A DNA stretch of 64,000 bases from a virus. The notes beneath the pieces were generated by a model, which did no database searches, was not told the origin of the DNA, and saw nothing but the letters and a program-made list of their open reading frames with translations. Where the stretch lies: IMG/VR virus record IMGVR_UViG_3300005613_000008, positions 63,324 through 127,323 of that record; one strand, 5' to 3'. The position numbers were made by a program, and so were the translations under genes. This document shows, in pieces, positions 18,517 to 27,048 of the stretch. The first letter of the stretch is position 1. Each line of letters opens with the position of its first letter.

Positions 18517-19116
18517 ATGAAACTACTACGAGAATACTACGAACTATGTGAAGGCGGCGTTTGCCAAGACCTTCTTACCGAGGACGAGAAGCGCTTTGTC
18601 TCCAATGGCGGCATGATGCTTACAGGTAAGCTACAAGAAGCAGATGTTCAGAACGGCAACGGTCGTGTTTATCCTTACAAAGTTTTAGCCCGAGAAGTCC
18701 AAAACTACAAGAAACTAGTAAAAGAAAACAGGGCACTTGGCGAACTAGACCACCCTGACGATTCAGTTATCAATCTAAAAAACGCTTCACATATGGTTAC
18801 AGACATTTGGATGGAAGATAAGGCTGTTATGGGTAAGGTCAAGGTTCTCAACACTCCATCAGGTCAGGTTCTCAAGTCTCTCGTAGAGTCAGGGGTTAAA
18901 CTTGGCATCTCTTCTCGTGGTATGGGCTCCGTATCAGAAGGCGCAGGCAAGGTTATAGTCCAAGAAGACTTTCAGCTTATTTGCTTTGACTTTGTATCGG
19001 AGCCATCGACACCAAACGCATTTATGATGCGAGAAGCAAAAGAGTTTAATAATAGAGTATTCACAAAAGCCGACCGAATCAACAGGTTATTAAACGAGGT
19101 ATTAGAAAATGAATAA
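18517..19116 (+). CDS. Prohead core protease (T4 gp21-like)
   Basis: NGRVYP, ALGELDHP (catalytic His), LGISSRGMGS (catalytic Ser), FDFVSEPS. Confidence 0.93.
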   Translation: MKLLREYYELCEGGVCQDLLTEDEKRFVSNGGMMLTGKLQEADVQNGNGRVYPYKVLAREVQNYKKLVKENRALGELDHPDDSVINLKNASHMVTDIWMEDKAVMGKVKVLNTPSGQVLKSLVESGVKLGISSRGMGSVSEGAGKVIVQEDFQLICFDFVSEPSTPNAFMMREAKEFNNRVFTKADRINRLLNEVLENE

Positions 19117-19783
19117 GTCAGATTTAGAAAAAATTCTATTAGAAGAAATAGAAACAGTTATAAACGAAGAAGAACTTGATGAGCAGAGTTTTCTAAAAAG
19201 AGTTGCCTCTGCTTTTAGAGGAAAACGACGTGGAGATCAATTAAGAGCAAAGAGAGCCAAAGCGAGAAGCAGAGGCACTTACAATGTGGATGATTCTGGT
19301 CAAGCTCCCGCAGACACAAAAACTCCAGAACCAGCAGCAAAAGAAGACTCAGGTAAAACGATATCTTTGACAAAGGATATCTTTCCTGATCTGATACCAG
19401 ATATTCCATCACAAGATCGACATAAGCTAACCAAGTTGGTAAAAAGATTAAAGAGAGATAGAATAATTGGAAAAAAAATCTCCAACTCTGAAAGAGAGAG
19501 ACTAAAAGATGAATATTCTAAGATAGACGTTTATTCAAGCAAGTTAAGAGATGCAATCAAAAATGCAGGTTCAAAACGCTCACAACTTGCATCACAGATG
19601 TCAAAAACAGTATCAGTTGATGACGTAAAGAATAAAATTCAGAATGCTGCCAGTATTGTAGATATAGATCCACAGATAGTGAAATACATACTCAACGATA
19701 TTGAAGATAATACAACCTTGGTAGAAAATATAGTATTAGCAATAATAAAAGAAAATCTAAATGGAAATAAGGTGGTATTGTGA
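19109..19783 (+). CDS. Hypothetical protein with MNKSDLEKILLEEI motif
   Basis: Overlaps the protease stop; motif followed by an acidic and then a basic stretch. Confidence 0.65.
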   Translation: MNKSDLEKILLEEIETVINEEELDEQSFLKRVASAFRGKRRGDQLRAKRAKARSRGTYNVDDSGQAPADTKTPEPAAKEDSGKTISLTKDIFPDLIPDIPSQDRHKLTKLVKRLKRDRIIGKKISNSERERLKDEYSKIDVYSSKLRDAIKNAGSKRSQLASQMSKTVSVDDVKNKIQNAASIVDIDPQIVKYILNDIEDNTTLVENIVLAIIKENLNGNKVVL

Positions 19784-20211
19784 ATAAAGCACAATTAAAG
19801 AAGCTAATCAAACCAGTCGTAAAAGAATGCATCCAAGAAGTCCTCATAGAAGAAGGTCTTCTCACGGAAGTTGTATCTCAAGTAACTGCTGGTTTATCGA
19901 AGAAACCAATTGTTGAGAATAAACCAAAGAAAACAAAAGATAACCTATTTAATGAAGACTTGCAGATGAAACGCAAGACCCAAGAGGTGAACCAGAAACT
20001 ACAGGAGCATCGTAAGAAACTCCTAGATTCAATTGGTAAAGAAGCTTATAATGGCGTAGATCTCTTTGAAGGCACAGAACCCATTAGAGAATCAGGAACA
20101 CCCGGAGCCTCACATAGACCAAATGTTCTAGGCGACGATCCAAATGATGCTGGTGTAGATATCAGTTCACTAATGGGAAATGCAAGTAAAGTCTGGCAAG
20201 CACTTAAATAG
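19780..20211 (+). CDS. Hypothetical protein with MNKAQLKKLIKPVVKE motif
   Basis: GTGA-coupled start. Confidence 0.7.
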   Translation: MNKAQLKKLIKPVVKECIQEVLIEEGLLTEVVSQVTAGLSKKPIVENKPKKTKDNLFNEDLQMKRKTQEVNQKLQEHRKKLLDSIGKEAYNGVDLFEGTEPIRESGTPGASHRPNVLGDDPNDAGVDISSLMGNASKVWQALK

Positions 20212-20219
20212 GAATAACA

Positions 20220-20468
20220 ATGAGCAGAAGAAAGGGCGCTAACGTTAAAGTAACAGCAAAAGAGTGCCGTGGTAATCACGAGAAGATGATCCGAAAGTTC
20301 ATCAAAAAGTGTAAAAAAGAAAAAGTTATTGAACAGATTAGAGATAGAAGATATTTTAAGAAACCTTCAGATGTAAAGAGACATGCAAAACAGGCTGCTA
20401 TTCGCAGACAAAAGCGTGACGTTGCAAAGCAAAAGGCAAAAGATGCTGCCCGCGAAAGAAATAGTTAA
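20220..20468 (+). CDS. rpsU: Phage-encoded ribosomal protein bS21
   Basis: VKVT...EKMIRKFIKKCKKEKVIEQIRDRRYFKKPSDVKR.AK.AAIRR aligns by eye with the bS21 consensus (V.V...E.ALRRFKR...GI..E.R.R.FYEKP). Confidence 0.85.
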   Translation: MSRRKGANVKVTAKECRGNHEKMIRKFIKKCKKEKVIEQIRDRRYFKKPSDVKRHAKQAAIRRQKRDVAKQKAKDAARERNS

Positions 20469-20469
20469 G

Positions 20470-20477
20470 ACTATTTA
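20470..20477 (+). promoter_or_regulatory. Putative late promoter (ACTATTTA)
   Basis: Intergenic, 37 nt before the 20507 start. Confidence 0.65.
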
Positions 20478-20506
20478 TTCTGACTATGTAAAAACGGAGG
20501 TTTCTT

Positions 20507-20950
20507 ATGTCTAACTTTATCAAATCCTATCAAGCGAATGTAGGACTTAACCATGTGCCTGCCTATCAGGTTTCAGGACAGCCATTCGCCACAGGGTCCA
20601 TAACTGCTAATCCAGTCACAGGAGATGTAGTAAAGGTTGAGTTTCCATATGTTACTAGATGGGTTAAAATTGTAGCCATTACTGGTAGTGCGAATACTCA
20701 CTTGAGAGTAGGCTTTTCTGAAAATGGTGTTAAAGGCGACAACTACTTTAGATACCTTGCAGGAAACAACTTTAATCACGAAGGTGGTCCATCTGCTCCG
20801 CTTGAATTAAAAGTGAGTGAACTTTACTTCTTGGGTGATAATGGAGCAACAGTTGAATTTGATGTTGTGGCTGGCTTAACTTCTATCCCTAGTTCTCGCA
20901 CCACAACCGATAGTGGTCCAAGCTGGTCAGGCTCTGCTGGGGTGGGTTGA
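20507..20950 (+). CDS. Virion structural protein (beta-rich), first gene of the fibre cassette
   Basis: GGAGG SD; G/S/T-rich beta-strand composition. Confidence 0.6.
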   Translation: MSNFIKSYQANVGLNHVPAYQVSGQPFATGSITANPVTGDVVKVEFPYVTRWVKIVAITGSANTHLRVGFSENGVKGDNYFRYLAGNNFNHEGGPSAPLELKVSELYFLGDNGATVEFDVVAGLTSIPSSRTTTDSGPSWSGSAGVG

Positions 20951-20953
20951 TAG

Positions 20954-21601
20954 ATGGCTCAGTTTGGATGGGCATATGTAAATTGTTCTAGTTCTGGAGG
21001 TACCGCAAATCATGCAGGACCAATCCAGTCTATTCAGTTTTTAACATCTTCCACAGACACAAGCGGGTCATCTAACTTTCTGTATCTAACCTCCAGCAAC
21101 ACTGTTTATCTTTCTGGAACTTTGCAAGTTGTAGGAACAATTACAGCAAGTTCTTTTGTTGTTGATCAAACAGATATTATTTCTGGTTCTACCATTTTTG
21201 GCAACTCTACTGATGATACTCACCAATTTACTGGTTCTGTTTATATTGGTGCTTCAGCAAGTGCTCCTACTTTTCAAGTAGATCCGGTAAACTCTCAAAC
21301 AATCACACAGGGCTTGAGAGTAAATTATAGACAAATTACTTCAGCAGGAACCTCTTCTACTATCGACTACATTCTTGGCTTTGCCGGGGCAGGGGCTATA
21401 GAGTTTAGAATCCACTCTGCTTCTGTTGCAGGTGAAGGTGCTTTAGTATTGGTAAAGGATGAATTATCTTCTCGCGCTGGCGCAATTACCCTATCGGCAT
21501 CTTCAGGTGAAACTATTGATGGTAATTCATTTTATGAAATCACAGGCTCATCTCCAGCAATCAGCCTTTATTCCAATGGGACAAGCTGGTTCGTATTCTA
21601 G
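20954..21601 (+). CDS. Short fibre/decoration protein, paralogue 1 (C-terminal gp9/gp10-like beta domain)
   Basis: SGSTIFGNSTDDTHQFTGS fibre motif; C-terminus LVLVKDE...ITLSAS.GETIDG...ISLYSNGTSWFVF. Confidence 0.65.
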   Translation: MAQFGWAYVNCSSSGGTANHAGPIQSIQFLTSSTDTSGSSNFLYLTSSNTVYLSGTLQVVGTITASSFVVDQTDIISGSTIFGNSTDDTHQFTGSVYIGASASAPTFQVDPVNSQTITQGLRVNYRQITSAGTSSTIDYILGFAGAGAIEFRIHSASVAGEGALVLVKDELSSRAGAITLSASSGETIDGNSFYEITGSSPAISLYSNGTSWFVF

Positions 21602-21619
21602 TAATGGAGAAGGCTGTAG

Positions 21620-22603
21620 ATGGCGAAAAATCACTTAACAGGCAATGTCCAGGCACCAGCCTACTTTGGTCCATTAGGTAACCAACCAGTAGCAAATATT
21701 ATCTCTGGTGCATTTCACGGAGATGGAACGAACGTAACTAACGTTGCAAGAGTTACGGCTAACGATATTAACGATTATGTTGTTACGCTAGGAAATCAGC
21801 CACAGAGTTTGGTCGGAGAACCAAACTTAAGATTTAATGGCTCTCGCCTCTATGTTAATGCACCAGTAACAGCTTCTGCATTACATTTAACTGCACTTCC
21901 TGTTGGAATAGCGACAACAGCCTCTTATCTTGCCCTTGATGAAAATAACAATGTTATTCTTACATCTTCTGTTATAGATACGGGAGCAGAAGGTCAAGGA
22001 CCAATTAATTCAATCCAGATTCATACCGGTTCTAGTGGAATTTCTGGCTCTGCCAACTTTATCTATGATCCCTCAACAAATGTAGTAGAGCTATCTGGCA
22101 ATCTAATAATTTCCGGCAATATTACAGCACACACATTTGATATCATACACACAGATATAATCGAGATCGATTCTTCTGGATCTACAAGATTCGGTGATAG
22201 TAATGATGATGTTCACATTCGCACTGGCTCTTTGTCTATCATGTCTTCATCAGCAGAACAATTCAAAGTAGACATAATAAATAAAGTTACCTCTATCAAC
22301 ACAGGTGTTTCTTTCAATAGAATCTCAACCTCTATAGATTACAATGTTAAGAAATCAAATTACATTATAGGAGTAGATAGCACAAGCAATCCTGTAACAA
22401 TCACCTTGCCTGATGCAAGTACTTTATCTAGCGGTCACACATTTGTCGTAAAAGACGAAGGTGGCGCTGTTTCCAGCAATGCCATTACGATTTCGGCGTC
22501 TGGATCTCAACAAATCGACAGTGTAAATTCGATTGTTTTGGAAGTGCCTTATTCATCTATTCAGCTTTATTGTAACGGCACATCAAAGTTCTTTGTTTTC
22601 TAA
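21620..22603 (+). CDS. Fibre/decoration protein, paralogue 2
   Basis: SGSTRFGDSNDDVHIRTGS; C-terminus TITLPDA...FVVKDEGG...ITISASG.QQID...IQLYCNGTSKFFVF. Confidence 0.65.
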   Translation: MAKNHLTGNVQAPAYFGPLGNQPVANIISGAFHGDGTNVTNVARVTANDINDYVVTLGNQPQSLVGEPNLRFNGSRLYVNAPVTASALHLTALPVGIATTASYLALDENNNVILTSSVIDTGAEGQGPINSIQIHTGSSGISGSANFIYDPSTNVVELSGNLIISGNITAHTFDIIHTDIIEIDSSGSTRFGDSNDDVHIRTGSLSIMSSSAEQFKVDIINKVTSINTGVSFNRISTSIDYNVKKSNYIIGVDSTSNPVTITLPDASTLSSGHTFVVKDEGGAVSSNAITISASGSQQIDSVNSIVLEVPYSSIQLYCNGTSKFFVF

Positions 22604-22625
22604 ATCCTGTTTATGATCATTGTAT

Positions 22626-22632
22626 CTATTTA
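22626..22632 (+). promoter_or_regulatory. Putative late promoter (CTATTTA)
   Basis: Intergenic, before the long coiled-coil fibre gene. Confidence 0.55.
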
Positions 22633-22692
22633 TAATCAAATAAGCAAGCCTATGCGTTTGTTTATCTTAATGACATTATAGGAGGATTTTAT

Positions 22693-24600
22693 ATGTCTAA
22701 TGGTTTTGTTCCCGCAAAGGGTACTCAGGATCCACTCTGGAAGGGTGGTGGTCTTGAGATTTCAGGTTCCGGCGTACTTCGTGTCACCGGTTCCGGTGCT
22801 GGTGGTGAAGATATTCACGCTGATTTCAAGGAACACCTTGGTATCTCTGCTGTTGAGTCTCGCGCTACTGTTCTAGAAGGCGATGTTGTCTCTATCGACA
22901 CCCGCATCACTGACGAAGAGTCTGCTCGCCTCGCTGGTGACAACTCTCTAGAAGCTGCTCTATCTTCTGAGATTTCTGCAACAAACGACGATGTTGATTC
23001 ACTCGACGTTCGCGTCTCAGCCCTTGATTCCGAGCAGGATGCAGATCAGGTTTCTATCGACGCTGCAATTTCTGGTGAGGTTTCTGCCCGCATTGCTGGT
23101 GATGACTCTCTCCAGACACGTCTATCTGCCGAAGAGTCCCGTGCTGGCTCTGTCGAAGTTAGCCTTCAGGGTTCACTAGACGCCCGTGTTTCTGCTCTCG
23201 ATTCTGAACAGGATGCAGATCAGGTTTCTATCGACGCTGCAATTTCTGGTGAGGTTTCTGCTCGTGTCGCTGGCGATGGTTCCCTAGAGACCCGTCTAAG
23301 CGATGAAGAGGTTGCTCGCGCTTCTGTCGATGCTGTCGCATCTGCTGCCCTATCTTCTGAGGCTTCAGAGCGTCTCGCTGGCGATGGCTCTCTTGAGACC
23401 AAGATGGATGCTGCCGATGGTTCACTCACAACTCGCATCTCTGGCGAAGAGTCTGTTCGTCTCGCTGATGATCTTTCTCTCCAGACCCGCCTAAGCACTG
23501 AAGAGTCTACTCGCACCGCCGAGATGGCTTCTAACGATACAGCACATACCTCTCTAGAGACTAAGATTTCTACTGATGTTTCTGCTGCTAACGCTTCTGT
23601 CGATCTTCGCGTTAGTAATGAAGAAGATGCGCGCGCTGCTGCCGATGCTTCACTTACCACTCGCGTAAGCGATGAAGAGGTTGCTCGCGCTTCTGTCGAT
23701 GCTATCGCATCTGCTGCTCTCTCTTCTGAAGAGTCTGCTCGCGTTGCTGGCGATGCTTCACTTACCACCCGTGTTGGCAATGAAGAGAGTGTCCGTGCTT
23801 CTGCTGACGCTTCTATCGTTGCTATGCACGAAGCTGACGAGGTTTCTCTCAACGCTCGTTTGAGCACTGCCGAGTCTCAGGAAGCTGCTGATGTCGCTTC
23901 TCTCGAAGTTGTTGATGGTTCTCTAGAGACCCGTCTAAGCGAAGAGGAATCTACTCGCACTTCCGAAATGGCTTCTAATGATCTAGCACACAGCACAATG
24001 CAGTCTATAGTTCAGTCTGTTGATGGTTCTCTAGAGACCCGTCTAAGTGATGAAGAGGATGCACGCACTTCTGGTGATAATTCTCTCACCACTCGCATCT
24101 CTGGTGAAGAGTCTGTTCGTCTCGCTGACGACCTCTCACTCCAGACACGTCTAAGCACAGAAGAGTCGCGTGCCTCTGCTGCTGAAGGTTCTCTTGAGAC
24201 CCGTCTAAGTGAAGAAGAATCTCTTGCTGTTGCAGAGTTCGCTTCAGTCGATGCCGCAATCTCTTCTGAAGAGTCTGCTCGCATCTCTGGCGATGCTTCT
24301 GTCTTGGCTGCCATCGTTGCTGGTTTCAAGGACATTCAGGTTCTCGGCACCAACACAACCCTAGATAACACTTACACCCACGTTGTTGCTGGTGCTGATG
24401 GTCTAACCTTCACACTTCCAGCCACTCCCGGTGCTGATGAAATCTACTTCATCAAGAACTTCGATGGTGTTGATGCTCAGGTTACAATCGCCGGTAACGG
24501 TAACAACATTGATGGTCAGTCCAGCATCTCTCTAGATGTTCCAAACGCTGCTGTCAAGGTTGTTTACGATAGCGCTACTGACGAGTGGTACATCTTCTGA
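22693..24600 (+). CDS. Long Ser/Ala/Asp/Glu-rich coiled-coil fibre, paralogue 3
   Basis: About 470 aa of SLETRLS.EE.AR...D repeats followed by the same C-terminal domain (TFTLPATP...FIKNFDG...TIAGNGNNIDG...VKVVYD...WYIF); strong AGGAGG SD. Confidence 0.8.
   Translation: MSNGFVPAKGTQDPLWKGGGLEISGSGVLRVTGSGAGGEDIHADFKEHLGISAVESRATVLEGDVVSIDTRITDEESARLAGDNSLEAALSSEISATNDDVDSLDVRVSALDSEQDADQVSIDAAISGEVSARIAGDDSLQTRLSAEESRAGSVEVSLQGSLDARVSALDSEQDADQVSIDAAISGEVSARVAGDGSLETRLSDEEVARASVDAVASAALSSEASERLAGDGSLETKMDAADGSLTTRISGEESVRLADDLSLQTRLSTEESTRTAEMASNDTAHTSLETKISTDVSAANASVDLRVSNEEDARAAADASLTTRVSDEEVARASVDAIASAALSSEESARVAGDASLTTRVGNEESVRASADASIVAMHEADEVSLNARLSTAESQEAADVASLEVVDGSLETRLSEEESTRTSEMASNDLAHSTMQSIVQSVDGSLETRLSDEEDARTSGDNSLTTRISGEESVRLADDLSLQTRLSTEESRASAAEGSLETRLSEEESLAVAEFASVDAAISSEESARISGDASVLAAIVAGFKDIQVLGTNTTLDNTYTHVVAGADGLTFTLPATPGADEIYFIKNFDGVDAQVTIAGNGNNIDGQSSISLDVPNAAVKVVYDSATDEWYIF
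22900..24310 (+). repeat. Intragenic coiled-coil repeats (about 18 aa) with recent DNA-level duplications
   Basis: An identical 53-bp block starts at 23035 and at 23209 (174 bp apart); further near-identical blocks start near 23297/23666 and 23431/24091. Confidence 0.85.
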
Positions 24601-24620
24601 TAACCCTGTAGTCTAAATCT

Positions 24621-24660
24621 TGGGGGCACCTCTTCGGGGGTGCCCCCATTTCGTTTTGTT
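24621..24660 (+). terminator. Intrinsic terminator with UUCG loop
   Basis: TGGGGGCACC-tc-TTCG-gg-GGTGCCCCCA followed by a T-rich tract. Confidence 0.85.
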
Positions 24661-24682
24661 AGTTCTTAAATGGATTCGTGAT

Positions 24683-24690
24683 ACTATTTA
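24683..24690 (+). promoter_or_regulatory. Putative late promoter (ACTATTTA)
   Basis: Immediately after the terminator, 35 nt before ATG 24718. Confidence 0.65.
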
Positions 24691-24717
24691 CGAGTGCTTG
24701 TAGCGGAGAACAAAAGA

Positions 24718-25821
24718 ATGAAAATAAGCAAGAATGTAAAGATCGGAATTACCACCAAGTGTGACGAAAATCTATTTGGAAATGGGCTCAACCAAAACGT
24801 TTGGTTCCTATACAGACTTCTAAGTGGTGCCGGATACGATGTGCATCTAGTGTCGGAATCAAACAAGCATCACGGTAAGAAGCTGATTACCCAAGACATT
24901 CTTCCCTTAACAAAAGAAAATATAAAAGAATACGGCATGATTATGGAGTGCGCTTTTGCTCTTGAAAATGCTACTGCTGATGCTCTAATAGAATCTGGTG
25001 GAGTTCGCATTGGTATTCAGTATGGCAACAGACTCCTAATTGATTTAGAGAACATGCTCTTTAAACCAGATAACGGCGGTATAGGTAAGAAAGACATTCA
25101 TGAAATCTGGTGCTCTCCACACTTTGAGTTCTCAATCCCAGCATTGGAGATCTTAGAGAAAACAGAAATGCATGTTTGCCCCTATGTTTGGAGCCCTGAC
25201 GTTGTTACTCACACTTACATAAACTTTAAGATCAATCCGTTCTTTAAGCCATCTACAAACATCAATAACATTTCATTTTTTGAACCTAACCTAAACATTG
25301 TAAAGTCTTGTATGATTCCCATGATTGTTGTTGAAGATGTCTACAATAGAAGACCAGAACTTATCAATGACGTTTATAACTTTGGTTCACTTAAGCTCGC
25401 AAAGCATAAAACCTTCTTATCGATGGTTAACAAACTAAATCTAAAGAAAGACAAAAAGATTTCTTTTGAAGGTCGCTACAAGTTTGTTTGGGCTCTTCAC
25501 AAAGAGTTTGCTGGCACCATTGTTAGCCATCACTGGATGAACGGGCTAAACTATCTTCAGCTTGAGGCAATGTACTTTGGAACCCCATTCGTCCACAACT
25601 CTGAGTTTTTCAAAGACCATGGTTATTATTTCCCTGAATGGGATGCTAAGGAAGGTTCACGTCAATTAGAGCGCGCTATTGAAACCCATAAGGGCGTCTA
25701 CCTAAAAGAGAGAGAAAGAGACAGAGAAAAACTTTGGGAGTTCCATCCAGACAACCCTAAGAACATTGAAGGCTATTCCGAGCTAATTGAAAATGCTCTT
25801 GCAAAGCATTTGAGAAAATAA
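24718..25821 (+). CDS. DUF2827-like protein, predicted GT-B glycosyltransferase
   Basis: KIGIT...NGLNQN, EIW.SP, PYVWSP, FFEPNLNIVKSCMIPM, IVSHHWMNGLNYLQLEAMYFGTPFVHNS, GYYFP match my recollection of DUF2827. LEAM..G.P.V is the GT-B donor-binding motif. Confidence 0.7.
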   Translation: MKISKNVKIGITTKCDENLFGNGLNQNVWFLYRLLSGAGYDVHLVSESNKHHGKKLITQDILPLTKENIKEYGMIMECAFALENATADALIESGGVRIGIQYGNRLLIDLENMLFKPDNGGIGKKDIHEIWCSPHFEFSIPALEILEKTEMHVCPYVWSPDVVTHTYINFKINPFFKPSTNINNISFFEPNLNIVKSCMIPMIVVEDVYNRRPELINDVYNFGSLKLAKHKTFLSMVNKLNLKKDKKISFEGRYKFVWALHKEFAGTIVSHHWMNGLNYLQLEAMYFGTPFVHNSEFFKDHGYYFPEWDAKEGSRQLERAIETHKGVYLKERERDREKLWEFHPDNPKNIEGYSELIENALAKHLRK

Positions 25822-25832
25822 AGAAATAAAAA

Positions 25833-25839
25833 CTACTTA
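25833..25839 (+). promoter_or_regulatory. Putative late promoter variant (CTACTTA)
   Basis: Intergenic, 29 nt before the 25862 start. Confidence 0.55.
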
Positions 25840-25861
25840 CTACAAAAAATAGAGGTTTTAT

Positions 25862-26986
25862 ATGGCTTATAATGTTATTAAGGGAAATATTGAGTTCAGC
25901 GGACCAACTCAAGGCACAATTGAGGATATGGTTGATGTTCATAGTGATCAAGTAATCGGTGGAACTAAAACATTCTCTCAAATGGTCACAGCATCCTCTG
26001 GTCTGTCAGCTTCTATTTTTTATGGCGATGGATCAAACCTAGATGGTATCACCTCTGGACCTATTGATACTTACGATAACTCTGGTAATAACAGAATTAT
26101 AACTTCTGTTGATTCTACCACAATCCAAGGCGAAGCGAACCTTACCTTTGACGGCACTTCATTGTCGGTAACTGGAGACGTAACTGCTTCTGCTAATGTT
26201 TCGGCATCAGCATTCCAAGGTGACGGCAACAGTCTAACAAACATTGGTCCTTCTAGTTTAAACTTAGGTGCAGGATTGCAAGATCTTGCTGGAAATTTAG
26301 AACTAAACTTAGATACAGCCTCTGGTCTTCAAATAGCAGCAGGTGGTTTAAAAGTATATCTAAGTACGTTATCTAACGCTGATCCACTTGCTGATGGTGA
26401 TTTGTTTATTGCAGACCAGAGTGGAAATAAAAAAGCAACAGCATTACAGCTATACAACTACGTTGATGGCAAATTATCAATCCCGATCGTAGCTGGTGCA
26501 AATACTCAGATTCAATTTAATGATGCTGGGGATCTCGGCGCAAGCACCAATCTTGCTTTCAATTCTGCTACAAATATTTTTTCTACTGTTACTGCAAGTT
26601 TTACTGGAGATGTAGAGATTGGTGGGAATCTAGAAATAAGTAAAGAATTAACAGTTACAGGTTCTACCAGAACAGCCGCAAGGTTTCATTCGGTTTCTGT
26701 TCAGACAGCTAGTTACTCAGCAACAAGTGGCGATGAAATAATTCTTATGAATAGTTCCTTGGCAACAACTGCAAGCCTGCCTCCAATTTCTAGCACTCTT
26801 GTTGGACTTACCTTGACAGTTAAAAGAACTGGAACCGGCGAGGTACAAGTTTCTGGAAGTAATGGTATAGATACTCAGCCAACAATAAATCTAACACCAC
26901 AGGGTGCTTTTGTCAAGATTATAGCCGCAGATTTCGGAGGCTCTAGTTATGGTTGGGCTATTATAGCTAAAAGCGGCTCTTTCTAA
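25862..26986 (+). CDS. Fibre/decoration protein, paralogue 4
   Basis: QVIGGTKTFS and GDGSNL fibre motifs; C-terminus TASLPP...LTVKRTGTG.VQVSG.NGID...VKIIA...WAII. Confidence 0.65.
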   Translation: MAYNVIKGNIEFSGPTQGTIEDMVDVHSDQVIGGTKTFSQMVTASSGLSASIFYGDGSNLDGITSGPIDTYDNSGNNRIITSVDSTTIQGEANLTFDGTSLSVTGDVTASANVSASAFQGDGNSLTNIGPSSLNLGAGLQDLAGNLELNLDTASGLQIAAGGLKVYLSTLSNADPLADGDLFIADQSGNKKATALQLYNYVDGKLSIPIVAGANTQIQFNDAGDLGASTNLAFNSATNIFSTVTASFTGDVEIGGNLEISKELTVTGSTRTAARFHSVSVQTASYSATSGDEIILMNSSLATTASLPPISSTLVGLTLTVKRTGTGEVQVSGSNGIDTQPTINLTPQGAFVKIIAADFGGSSYGWAIIAKSGSF

Positions 26987-26993
26987 TGCTTTT

Positions 26994-27001
26994 ACTATTT
27001 A
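26994..27001 (+). promoter_or_regulatory. Putative late promoter (ACTATTTA) for scaffold/capsid operon
   Basis: Intergenic, 55 nt before ATG 27049. Confidence 0.65.
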
Positions 27002-27048
27002 TTGTTACTAGTTAGAATGAAAAACTAATGTTATAGGAGTTTTTGTTA

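Noticed and set aside
2848-19951. CTATTTA copies inside coding regions (2848, 12019, 18257, 19945)
   Set aside because: Several chance hits are expected for this AT-rich 7-mer. Only 12018-12025 (58 nt before the 12076-terminase operon) is plausible, and it is not called without TSS data.
23220-24335. Long minus-strand ORFs (23220..23867, 24012..24335) over the fibre gene
   Set aside because: Antisense shadows of the repetitive, codon-biased plus-strand gene; no SD or independent features.
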